Position numbers and translations under genes: made by a program. Under the pieces are notes generated by a model that saw only the letters and a program-made list of their open reading frames with translations, did no database searches and was not told the DNA's origin. Below are positions 1 through 11,841 of a stretch of 64,000 bases of DNA, in pieces. Each line of letters begins with the position of its first letter. Within the stretch, counting starts at the first letter, position 1. The DNA comes from Oopsacas minuta (lineage: Eukaryota; Animalia; Porifera). Location of the stretch: positions 248,001 to 312,000 of the forward strand of contig JAKMXF010000311.1 in NCBI GenBank assembly GCA_024704765.1, read 5' to 3'.

Positions 1-1271
1 AATAATTGATTATTGAAGATATCGCTGCTAGTAATTTACTATATTATTGCCTTCAGATAGAATCAAAACAAAGGTTACCTCAATATACTAATGACAAATT
101 ACAGGCAAGGAAATATACAGATGTTCATATGATATATATTCGTTCTTGGAAAAGGTGATCTCGCAAGTAAAAACTAGACAATAGATAAATAGGTGATAAC
201 TTTAAAGATTAGATGAATGCTAGCCCATACTGCCATGAATTATCAGTAATTGCATTACGTTACACGACAGAATAAATGTTTCAGTGATAATATATGATGC
301 AGTATGTTAGCAGTTCATGAATGAATTGTTTTAGGTGGCTGTGAATTTATGTAGAAATTCGAAGCCGATTTTCTGAGTTTGGTCGTTCCATGGTCCCAGT
401 TTTCCCTCCAATTTCGGGTAGCAAGGCATCTGACAGGGGATAAGACAAAAATCCTGGGGCTGTTTTTATTGACAAATTTACTCCCAAAATTCGCGAGGTA
501 TTCCGCGGGGAGGCACTCAAAATGATTTTTCCGGAGGGGTTTGATGCAAAAAGGACAAAAATCCGGGGAGTAATCTCTCGGATCCCTAAGAGGGAATACT
601 GCTTGCTCCAGGAGTAATGAACAGATTGTTTTTGGATTATAGTTCCATAAATTGCAATTATTTCCTTATAATTCAGTTAGCAACACGATCATTATGTAAT
701 TGTATTGTTTCGAAAAGCAAAAGTAATGCAAGACATATTCAGCTATAAAGGCAGCATGTAAAACAAAGCTGTCAATAAATAGAATTCTATGAATGCACAA
801 AAGCCATAATTCAGAACAAAAGATTCTATATTTCACCCATAGGAATACATGATAGAAAAAATCTACAGAGCAACCTTATCTATAGTATATAGTGGTCAGC
901 ACTGAATGCAAGAAGTGTATGCATAGACTTTATCCATGTGTTCTATGCACTTACATGCTTTTGCAAATAAGAAAACCTGATGAACTTAGTGATTTTCTCC
1001 GATAAAATTATTGTTTAAATATATAACTAGTTTCCGTTAACATAATTTTCTAGAATAACATACAGATAGTGAGTAACATTTGGCACAATAGCTTGACACA
1101 TTCAGTGGTAGTGTACCTATTGCATATAGGGAAATGATGTAACAGTTTATAGTGTGTATTTTCCAGTGCCCTCAATATTCACATGTCAATATCAGCGACC
1201 GATAATATTAATCTTCCGATTGGATAACTCAACGCGAGTTGTCTTAAATTGAAAAACAAATATTCTTAGTT

Positions 1272-1509
1272 CATACCAACCCTCCTGGATCATTGGACTA
1301 CCCCGGGAATTTACAATAAATTCAGGGAAGAGTTTGAGAATCCAAGGGAAGAGTTTGAGAATCCAAGGAAAGATTTGCAAATTTATGTGCTTTTGCCTGA
1401 AATTACTATTTATTGGATATATAACTTGGGAATTCAGGGAATTTGTCGAAAATCTCGGGATTTAGTAACAAAAATCCTGGGAAATTATAATAATGGGTTG
1501 ATAAGTATG
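1272..1509. mobile_element. Non-autonomous TIR element (family E, termini CATACTTGCCAAC...GTTGGYAAGTATG) with an internal 21-bp tandem duplication
   Basis: Degenerate left TIR cataccaaccctc and right TIR gggttgataagtatg. Flanks ttagtt/ctagtt. The interior matches copies at 6224-6426 and 28804-28892, with partial copies near 7790, 22900, 47560-47709 and 61000-61093. Unit agggaagagtttgagaatcca occurs twice. Confidence 0.8.
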
Positions 1510-1616
1510 CTAGTTATATGTCCATAGAGGCAAACCTGGCGCCTCACCAATCCGTGAGATTCGGCATCTATGTAAATGTGCTGTATTAACCAGTTTGAAT
1601 TTCATAGCAAGAAGAT

Positions 1617-4600
1617 ATGGCTGCTCAAAAAGAAAGAGGAAGCACGTTCTCATTTTGGTCACACTCAAGTACACGCCACACGAGCAAACAAGCAGCAGTT
1701 GATATATCCGGAACAGATTCACTACGAGCTGAATTGAGAGGAAATATCTCTGAACTTAAGAACTTAAGTTCAAATAAGAACAGCATGGGGCGATTCTCAA
1801 ACTCAACTGAAAACTTGGCTGAATCTATAGATGAAGATGGCATTCCAATACTACCACCACCTCCTACTTTCCTGGGTCGTATTCTAAGAAGCATTGAAAA
1901 AAGCGAATTTCAAGAGTTGGTGGATCAGATTCCAGATGAGAAGCCGTTAAGTAGGGACGAGATGAACTTTTTAAATGGTAACAAATTTTCTAGCATAGAA
2001 ACAGTCAACTCACGTTATATCGTATATCGAAGTAATTATCGCGGTCCATTAAGCTCCGAAATAACGAGAGTTGACTCTAGCTATGAATTTAGCCAATATC
2101 TATGGTCATTTTGCTACAACTAATACTTATAACTCCTTGACTACTGGTTGAAAATTAAGGAGAGCATTCTATGAGTCGAATGGTATTCATATCAACTAGC
2201 GGCCTGATAGAAACTCCAGCATATTCGCCTGCCTACGCTAGTACGGTGCCCTGTATATAAATTTTGCGGCAAATGTTATAGTTTGCTATAAAATCGATGT
2301 CAGTCAGCGGCTATTCAATTATAACAGTCCATAAGAATTCCAAATTTTGGTATGGAATTAATACCGCATCCATATGTGATTATTAATACAACCTTGATAG
2401 AGGCTGTGATTAGAATGAAATAAAGGCAGAGTGATTAGTATCACTCTAATGCGACGTATCATAATTTGCTATCGAACTAAGCATAAATTATCAGCCAATT
2501 AAACTTTGCTATATCATAAAGGTACGGGCAGTTTAACATTAAGAGAACTTCGTGCAACTACTGGTGCGTTATTGAGTTTAGGCTGGGATAACGCAAGTCA
2601 ATATACTGATGGTGTTATGAAGATTGGAGGGCTGAGACCTTGTAGACAGCAAGCACAGCAGAGAATTACTGAGTTGATATCTAATATACATTCCAGGACT
2701 TTAGGTAAGTTAGATTTGAATGACAATTTCTTAGAGAATGAATTGTGTTAATTCTATAAAATAAAGGTTTGTTTGTTTGTTTGACCTATGTCCATTGTCC
2801 TATTTGTTTATTTACTCATTACGTTGGACAATATTGACATTTTCTAATATTTTTAAGTTTAGAATCAATTATCTTCATAGATTCTCCAATTCCACTTCAA
2901 CTAGTATTTGACTTAACACTTGGGTATTTACCACTCAAGCCAGGATTTTTATACAAACCAAAGTTCAATAACAGTATAGAAATATTCGGACCGAGTGAGG
3001 ACGAAGTTCTACAGACATCTCACGAAGTAGAGAAAAGATTAACTATTCCTACGTTTGTTCGCACTCAATTTAAGTACAATAAAGTCACCTGTTTTCTTGG
3101 TAAGTTCAGTAACCCACTGGAATGGCTTATTAAACTATATTCGGGAAGTTTATTTCAACATGGTAGTGCTATCATCAGTTAATATAAACATGAGTTATTA
3201 ATTAAAGTATAGTAATTGAATAAGTAAGTTAAGGAATTTGCTTAGGAAATTATACAGTTGGTATTCTTACAGTATTGCACGAATATAGTCAAGTAGGTTA
3301 TGTTAATAGTAAAGTGAGATATCTGTTGAGAAACTCACTCTTGCTAGCGCCACTAGTGAAATGCTAAATAGTTGTATATTCTATAGCTAAATTGAATAAA
3401 GTTGGAAATGTCAGCTGTTCCCAACCTGGGGTCCATCGATCCCTTGGTTGTCCACGGGCGCGGACGATAGCAGGGGTCTACAACATCTCAAAATTTGAGT
3501 TGTAGCCTATGGGAGGGGGTCTACCGGGTAAAAAAGGTTGGCTAATGTAACTAATATATTTCATCAATGTTTAGACTGTTTCTTTCTCTGCCAAAATAGA
3601 TCTAATTTACTTGTGTATGAAAATAAGATGTACATATAACACGCTCCTTTAGGTTGCTATCATCCAACACGACAATTCAGTTTTGAAACAGTCTCAAAGG
3701 ATTATTTGCTATATAACCTGCCCAAGGGCTCATATCAGTATTGTACATTCGCAGATGCTACAAGCAATGAAATGGATATGAATACGCAAGGATTAATGAA
3801 CTTAGCAGGAATACTAAAGCAAAGTGTACCCAAAATTAAAAAAACTTCAGGGGAAAACAACAGTGAAGAAGGACGCGAAATAGCAGAGATTCCAAAATCA
3901 GGAATATGGAATGCAAGTGAAAATCTAATTAGATATATCATGACTACAAGGATACCAGTGATTATTTATCAAAACCATCATCCGTATTTCTTCTGTCAGT
4001 TAGGTAAGGTCTTTGAAATTATTATACATACTTGAATACATATAAGTATATTGATTTCAGTGTTGCTAGATGTGTGCCGACAACGTTCATGCCTCACTTA
4101 AAAGTTCATGGCAAAAATCATAGCTCATTCCATGTTCATACCATAAATGCCATAATATTAGTCAAAAGTTCATACCAAAGCCAAAGTCAATGAACTTGGT
4201 TCATTATTTGGCAACCCTGATTTATTCATTTGTTTCAAATTTTAGGAAAAGTTGTCTACTCAAATGTACCACCTGAAATAAAATCAAACATCTGGAATAT
4301 TGAAGAAACTTTTTATCAACCTAAACTTGTTGAACTTACCCCACATTTCAATACAAATGCAAAATTGGATATAGAGGAAGTATGCAAGAAATTGGGAGTA
4401 AAGCAAAAAGCTACTATCAATTATAGGTACAGTGTAGCCTCAACGAACGGGGTGTCAGGACGCCGAAATATGTTAACCAGTTTCCCCGTTTGTGGAGGTT
4501 CATCTATATGAGACTAGGAATTTGATTTATGTTTTCACTCCGTTTCCAGAAGTTCCCTTGTGAGATATTGGCCAGTTGTTCTAAGCAAGCGAAAATCAGA

Positions 4601-6855
4601 ATTTAATTAATAGAAGCAATAATATAAAAATGTAATCAGCCACGTATGTGCGGCTTAAAAACATATTAGTAAATTTCACAGACATTTTGATTAGAATAGG
4701 ATATACGTAAAAACAAGTTGCATATTCTAAATACATATACGTTGTTATGACTTGCTAATGAGTTCTAATATTTACCAAAAGGTTACAAGTCAAACATCTG
4801 GATCATCGTAACTACTTAATATTCACATTTACTTTCCGTATGGACGGACAGCCGAACGTAATTAGTGCAGAAAGTCCTGAACATCATAAAGTAAGCATGA
4901 ACTGCATGTGTCCAGATAAAAAATATGATATATCATTCATTATTGCAAAGAAGGAAACTCTATTGGATATGGATACACAAGCAAGGTTAGTTAATTTCAA
5001 ATACAATTAATTATTAAAGGCATGCGCTCGATAAATATGATTATAATTTGTCTGAATATTTGTCCGTTTTGAAATGTAATCTGTGGTGAAGCAGATATTT
5101 GCATTTCCATCTATTGTTTTTCTAAAATGTTGAAAAGCAATTGATATCGATACATCTCGATTCAACACACCGTTGCGAATAATGGCATAATCAGTCAACC
5201 AAGCATCTTTCTTAGATTTCTCTCTTCACTGAAGTTAAATGACTGTGGCCAGTTAATCTGCGACCCAGCTAACGAATACGAAGTAATATCCGCTGAGAGT
5301 ATAGACTGTAATACAATACAGCATGGACATTACATAGTATCTTGTGAGCAGAAACAAGTACTATACACTTCAGATATAAGCCGTATGCTATTCTATACAA
5401 AATCCTTACAGCCAGCACAAGGGAAATTACTCATAGATTTCTCATATGGACGTAGAATGTCACAAGTTACAGCTGAATCACTGTACTTCCATGATAATAT
5501 TGATAAATTGTCTTATGAACACCCATGGGATACTTCAGAAAACGGTTCGCTAGATCGTAGCTCGATGGCTCCATCGCCAGATGCAGAAAAGGGTAGTAAG
5601 GATTTCGTAGTTTTCTCACCTATCCATGGGCTGGATACTCTACAACCAGGTAATGTGTATCTTAGTCATTGTCAACTCATACTCAGGGGCGGATCCAGGG
5701 GAGAAAAGGGGCTGAAATGCCCCGAAATATATGTATGACCGTAGGAGACGGTTCGGTTGGTCAGATTTCAACTGCTAATAGAAATTGTATTAGTCACCCA
5801 GACCCATTTTAGTGGCTAAATATCCTGGATCCGCTATTGGGACATCAGCAATGTTTCCCATAAGATTTTATAAAGCGCTCATAATTTTGATAGTGCGTTG
5901 CGCTAACATACGGAAATACATCGTCAATTAAATGATTTAGGTTAAACGGCGTGCTAAACGCGATTCATGGGAAACAGTGCTCATAGGTCATAATCTATCT
6001 ATTTTTAGGAGATCAATTCAACATCAGAAGAGATAGGTCAACTACACTGCCTGATACTTCACAAATACATGATGCTGGTCATAACTTGTACATAAGTAAT
6101 GAAGCGATGCGAAGAAGTGTGCGTAGACCACATGAAGTGAATAAAGATACAAACCAAGATTTGATCACTATTGCACCACAAAAATATGGTAAGAGAGTAG
6201 GTTCAATTCTGTCTATTTTATGGCATACTTGCCAACCCTCACGGGATTTACAAGAAATCCGGGAAAGAATTTGAGAATAAATAATTGCAAATTTATGTGC
6301 CTTTTCCAAATAATACCCTGACATTATAATTAGGAAGTGGGACTTTGAAATACAGGAAATATTTCAAAAATCTCGGGATATAACAAGTAACATCAAGGGA
6401 ATTATCATAAGAGGTTGGTAAGTATGCTATTGTGAACAGTAAACGTCACCAAGTATGTACACAAGTGCTAACCGTATAAATATCTAGGGAATTCCTATGT
6501 ACTAATTGGTAGTCATAGAAACCCTCCACAAACGGGGCGTGTGGAAATGGGGAACTTCGGGAAACGGAATGAAATAAATAGAGCGAAGACCTAGCCCTCT
6601 ATGACTATATTAATAAGATTTTTGTTACATCTAGGTTCAAATGAGAATTTAGATTCAACTCAAAACACACGTCAATCCACAATTCAGCAACTGAAACGTG
6701 TAGGAAATCCTTCAGTTAAGCTCAGTAATAGTACAAATAGACCAGGAAATACAAGATTTTTACACATAGAAGAGACGGATACCTTCAAACAAATAGAGAA
6801 GATAGTTGATCATGATTTGGAGCCGATGCTGGATTTAATTCTCACAATTATTTAA
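1617..6855 (+). CDS. Uncharacterised multi-exon protein with one clear and one degenerate KH-like segment
   Basis: Coding-like exons with GT/AG ends near 1617-2100, 2521-2705, 2862-3100, 3652-4002, 4246-4426, 4782-4985, 5200-5649, 6010-6188 and 6633-6855 (ends ...LDLILTII*). Exon TGSLTLRELRATTGALLSL...VMKIGG...RQQAQQRITELI fits the KH pattern. Exact junctions at 2100-2520 and 5020-5200 are unresolved. Confidence 0.6.
3412..3547. mobile_element. hAT-like MITE (family D, TIR CAGCGGTTCCCAACC)
   Basis: Starts cagctgttcccaacctggggtccat and ends aaaaggttggctaatg. Same core as copies at 14647, 18250, 32009, 48040, 60805 and 62765. Confidence 0.75.
4078..4215. repeat. Dispersed repeat built of gttcatgcc/catgaac motifs (family H)
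   Basis: Repeated gttcat(g/a)cc motifs. The reverse complement of 46490-46805 shows the same motif array. Confidence 0.5.
4430..4575. mobile_element. TA-flanked MITE (family C, TIR CAGTGTAACCTCCACAAACGGG)
   Basis: cagtgtagcctcaacgaacgggg...gacgccgaaa...ccccgtttgtggagg. Other copies at about 6520, 6991, 8432, 19280, 28015, 33260, 37678, 40440, 45812, 49742, 52246, 53079, 54666 and 56630. Confidence 0.75.
5684..5839. mobile_element. MITE with CAGGGGCGGATCCAGG termini
   Basis: Left caggggcggatccagg, right cctggatccgctattg. A related right end (tggatccgccattg) lies near 19540. No TSD recognisable. Confidence 0.65.
6224..6426. mobile_element. Family E TIR element, full copy
   Basis: catacttgccaaccct...aggttggtaagtatg, flanks ttatgg/ctattg. 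Confidence 0.85.
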
Positions 6856-6990
6856 TTAGAAATCTGTATATATTTTGGGTGAATTACGTATGTAGGAATT
6901 GAAAAGTGGAATTAATCAATGAAAGTATTCAGTTGGAGCTATCTTAATATATATCTACTCATAAATGTATATAATAGCCACGCATATTGA

Positions 6991-7176
6991 CAGTGTAACC
7001 GCCATATAAATAGGAACGGATTTTTCATCAATTATTTGGTACCTAAACGGGCCTATGGAAACGGAGTGAAAAACAATATGGTGAATTCCTATTCCATACG
7101 AAAGGACTTCCAAAAGGTGGGAAATGGGGTAGCATTTTTCGGCTTACCTGTCGCCCCGTTCGTGGAAGTTACACTG
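6991..7176. mobile_element. Family C MITE, full copy (Tc1/mariner-pogo-type termini)
   Basis: cagtgtaacc...gttacactg followed by TA. Confidence 0.8.
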
Positions 7177-8002
7177 TAGTATATATTTCAGAATTATAGA
7201 TAACCATCTGTAGATTATGAAAGGAATTTGGAGGCAGTTTGCGTTGAAAATATGAGCTGTTAAGATAATCATATGGATATATTGGATATGAAAGAAAATA
7301 GGCGTACTACTGAAACATGAATAAAGTAACAATTATGAAATAAAAAATTGCATAGACCGTCAGCAAGATCTATGTTAGCACAATTATAATAATATCAACT
7401 ATCCTAAAATATGAATATTTCGCGACAACATGAAATATCCTTCTAATGTTTCGAAAAATTTGAAATTTGTCATAATAAAGAGGTGAAGATAATCGTATAT
7501 TTGATTACACGAATGAATGGTAACATCTGTATCTAATTGGAAAGGAAAATTGTTTCAAGAAATATATTTTCCGTTACAAACATTCCTTGTTTGTAGATAA
7601 CAACTATAGAGATGAGATGCTATGTAATATGTAATGATTCAAAGACAAACAAGTTCTGCCTGTGAACGTGAAGTAATATCTCAAAAGTGAGATATGATAG
7701 TTAAGATATGTCCCATATACTGTCTCCTTGCTGAAAAGCGCTCGACGCGGCGAGTTATTAACGTACAAAATAATTATCTTATAGTCGCCAACCCTGCCAG
7801 GATTTTCAAGAAATTGATCCTAAAATATTAGCAAATTTGTGTGCCTTTTCCCCAAATAATTCCTGAAATTACTATTATCATGCCGAATAGTGTAGGAATT
7901 TTGTAATTTGATGTATGTTAAACAAGTAGGAAGATTCTACCATTACAATACCCATTAAATATGTGTATTCATTAATAATAAGTGCAATGATATACAAGTG
8001 TA

Positions 8003-9002
8003 CTAAGTGATCAAGTTCCCTCTTGCTTGTCCAATTAACTTGAATGCTTCCTCACTTCCTGGCGCTTTATTCTTATCAGGATGAAGCAAGATAGCTAAAC
8101 TTTTATACGCTTTCAAAACCTCATCTTTACCTGCATTTCTCTTTAAACCAAGCATCATATAATTGTCAGTTGCATGTCGTACACGTTGTACAAGAGCTAA
8201 TTCCTCTTCTGTGTATGAATGGGGAGTTGGTTGGCTAATCGGTTTATAACAGTTATTGACCATAGCCACTACTCTGGTGAAAAGATCCATCATTGCTTCG
8301 GTTATGTTTTCATCTGCTTTTGAGGATGTTTCGTGATATGAAAAATTTCGTTTTTCACACCAGATTTTCGCGTCAACTTCATCAACTTGCCTATACAGTA
8401 TTAAGATGTAAAATAAGAGATTTCTCTCTATAGTGTAACCTTCGCAAACGGGGAACAGTGTCTCCCGCTTGTTGAGGTTAATCTGTATTAAATACGGTGG
8501 AACTTTGCCATAAATACGGCCGGTTTAAAGAGGTTTCGTTGTGATAAAATTCGGCGATTCATACCCAAAAGTGTAATATTGATAAATTGAAAATTAACCT
8601 TTTAGAGAGATCAGATTTATTCCCACAAACAACTACAGCTATTCGTTCCATCAATTCTTCCGATTCCAAATGCTTTCGTAGTTCTTGCAGCCATTTTGAA
8701 AGCGAATCAAAAGATGTTTTATTGCATACATCAAATACTAAAAGTATTCCTTGAGTGTCTTTATAAAATTCATTACGCACTCCATAGAAAACTTGGTTAC
8801 CAGAAGAGTCAAAAATATTCACTTTTATGTCTAAAGTCATAATATTCACTTTTGTCACTCCAAAATCGATTCCAATGGTTGGCATGTATCTTGAAACGAA
8901 TCTATGTTCACAATAGCGTTTTATTATGCAACTTTTGCCAGTGTCAATATCTCCTAAAGTTAAGATTTTGATCCGTTTTATTTTCGTTTGATTGCTTGTC
9001 AT
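8003..9002 (-). CDS. DNAJC27: DnaJ homolog subfamily C member 27 (RBJ/RabJ; Rab-like GTPase plus C-terminal J domain); exons 9002-8599 and 8390-8003
   Basis: GDIDTGKS P-loop, TIGIDFG, DSSG and GNKSD motifs. A 208-nt GT-AG intron (8598-8391) joins SKR|QVDE in frame. J domain with HPDKN. Confidence 0.93.
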
Positions 9003-11329
9003 AGCTATTCATTGGAAATGTAAAGTAGATTAAGAGTACTGATAAGGTGTGAAAATCCGCTGGAACCTGGCTAATTGCAAACGTTCAGGGTTTTTGATTT
9101 TGCGTGCGTTTCGCTTATCAAACAAATAAACAAATATTTCAATAGACCTTACACTTAAGTGTTACATACAAATAACTAGCAGACAGGTGTACCAAGTTTC
9201 TCAGTCATAACTATATACCCTGTGCACAAAAATATATTCAGTAGATGTAAGATTGCTTAATTGGTTCATAATGTTCAGGTGCGCTCTAATTGACGATATT
9301 ATAATTGCAATCTAAACTTGTAAATGCGACAAATGCTAAGACTCTGGACTTGATAGCATCAGAATATTGGCTGTGTTCAACGAAGTTCTCATCAATAATA
9401 CACCTTGTAGGTATATTCATACTGATTGTATCTGAACATGTGTAAATGTGTAGGAGGTTATGCAAATATAAATCTACAAGTCAACAGGTGTATAGAGTCT
9501 TATTCTAGGAATATAAGCGATAAAAAACGAAATATTATTTTCATGTATAATGTGAGAGATTATATAAATAATTCGTAAGTAATCGCGAAATTATGTTGGA
9601 ACAATTGGTGATTGATGATCAATCGCGAGCAAATGTTCTGCTAGTCTAATCGAATAAGATATCTGCAAATTACTACAAAGTTCTGTCCAATTGAGTATAC
9701 TGTAGATCGCGCTAATTATCCTCCAATACATACATTTTGGGACTAGAAATTGTGTCGAATAATTATTCGAGGTTATACTTCAATTGTTAATCAAAGGGTG
9801 AAATGAATTCCACCAAGATTTTATCAATATGTCCAGTTGTGCACTGTATGATCTTAAATTGTACAAATACGGTCATAGCCGTCAAATTAACAAAAATCTC
9901 ATCGGTTTATTTGGGAATAATTATCGCCGCCCCTTGAGCTTCGATAAAACAGGAGTTGGCTGAACTCAAGGGTATGAGCAATTTGATGTGAATTACAAAA
10001 TTATTATCTGCATATCCATGGTTAAATTACCTATAAAATAGTGTATTTCTCTTTATTAGTGTGGGATAGTGATATCAACAATAAGATTCCCCTCACGGTT
10101 GCAATTTCTAATATGTAAATTAAGGGAAGAAAATATGCAATACAAATACAATTGCATTTTGTATAACATTATTGATTTGGTGAAAGTATATATCAACCAT
10201 AGAATAATATTAAAAGGCAATAAACATACTTTCAAGCATAAAGATATATCCAATCAAATCAATTAAGAACATCTCAATTAGAAAACAATAGAACATCAAA
10301 AGATGAAAGAAAATTGCAGCATGTCTTAAACCGATATCCCCAGGGAGTATGTGATAAGGTGCGACAAACATTTGGCATAGGTATATTGTAAATACACCAC
10401 AAAAATCATTCTACGACTAAACAGTACATATGTCTTCCACCTGAGATTATCAGAAGGGCAGTACAGATTTCGTCCTTCCACCAACTCAGTATATACATTA
10501 ATTATAATACATTTACTAATTTGATAATCACAGATGCATTGAAAGAATGCATTATTCAAATAATTTCAGTTTTGGTGATTGATACATTACGAGCTCTTAA
10601 TGGAATAATATATGTATTGTATGGTGAAAATGGATCCGAATTGCTTACTTGATTTCACCAATATGTAGCATACACTTCCATACGATTACAGCGTATATTT
10701 ACGTAATGTATAAACTATTTGCTGGTCAATACCGCTAATGCAAGTTCATGGAAAACTTGTAATTGTTTATTTTCCGATTCTCCATACATTTTGCTTAGTG
10801 TGAACCAGCACAATTGAGAGCTCATGAAACGAAAATCATTGAAAAGGTGGGAGGAGATGTGATGAATAATTTCTAAAACGAAGATAACCGAAAGTAATTG
10901 GATTTAAATTAAAACTGGTTACATTCTACCAATCTAAATATTCGGATAAACAATTAATCAATACCCCACATATTCCCAGGTTTAGAATAAAATTATAAGG
11001 CAAATCAATAACTATTTCTTTATTATCAAATTTCGTCTCAATCAACTACATTCAGGTATTGGGTGATATAAAATAATTGCAATTATATAAATCTCATTAG
11101 GTTAAGGTAATCATCAAATTAGACTGGAAAGGAGATTTCTTTACAGTCACTAGAGTAGTCTTTAAAATAGTTAAGTGATAGGCCTTTGTTGGGAAAAGCA
11201 AGTAGTTGATAGTGATTAGCTGCTGTGAATAGTGAGCGAGTTAGAATGTTAGATCGCTAAGCTGGCCTACTACGATTTGTTGCTATAGAAACAAGAAAAT
11301 ATGAAATATGTATCGAACAATAGGCAGTT

Positions 11330-11764
11330 TCAACTTATGTATATGAAATTTACCTGATCATCCTGATGTATAAGTTGCTGTAGATGAATAATATATTCCT
11401 TTGCATTGCGTAGAATTTCCAATTGTGAATCTTCTTCACGATGTGGTGTATATTCTACCAGGGCATCCCTCAACATTAAAAGATACTGGTTGTATTGTGA
11501 CTTCGCCAGGATAGGTTTTAACGGTGATTTTGATTGTGATTTGAAGCTTGAACTACGTTGAGGCTTTTTGCTTAGAGACTTGCGAGTTGATTTCACTTTT
11601 GTTTCCGATTTTGTACAAACATGGCCTATAAATATAATGTATAAAGGTAGTAATTCTAAATATATATCTTTGAGAGAATTCTTACCTTTGACAGTAGCAG
11701 AACTTGCTGCCCGAGGGCTGGATGGTGAAATTATTGTACTTTCGCCGCCTGTAGTTTTAGTCAT
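11330..11764 (-). CDS. Helix-loop-helix protein lacking a basic region (Id/emc-like); 3' exon not resolved
   Basis: YLLMLRDALVEYTPHREEDSQLEILRNAKEYIIHLQQLI matches HLH helix1-loop-helix2 with Id-like spacing. No ERxR basic motif upstream. Probable 60-nt intron at 11685-11626 (gtaag...atag) and a donor at 11353. Confidence 0.7.
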   Translation of the reverse strand: MTKTTGGESTIISPSSPRAASSATVKGKNSLKDIYLELLPLYIIFIGHVCTKSETKVKSTRKSLSKKPQRSSSFKSQSKSPLKPILAKSQYNQYLLMLRDALVEYTPHREEDSQLEILRNAKEYIIHLQQLIHQDDQVNFIYIS

Positions 11765-11833
11765 TTCTGCGATTTTATCTATATTTTTGTGTCTAAGAAT
11801 AAATCAATTCTTGAATAGTATAACTTACGATGG

Positions 11834-11841
11834 TTTATATA
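11834..11841 (-). promoter_or_regulatory. Possible TATA box (TATATAAA) about 70 nt upstream of the HLH start codon
   Basis: Motif and position only. Specificity is low in AT-rich DNA. Confidence 0.2.

Noticed and set aside
9300-10560. Hydrophobic short minus-strand ORFs (for example 10056-10253 and 10326-10559) suggesting a membrane-protein gene
   Set aside because: No consistent splice chain or recognisable motif. AT-rich DNA gives F/I/L/Y-rich translations by chance.
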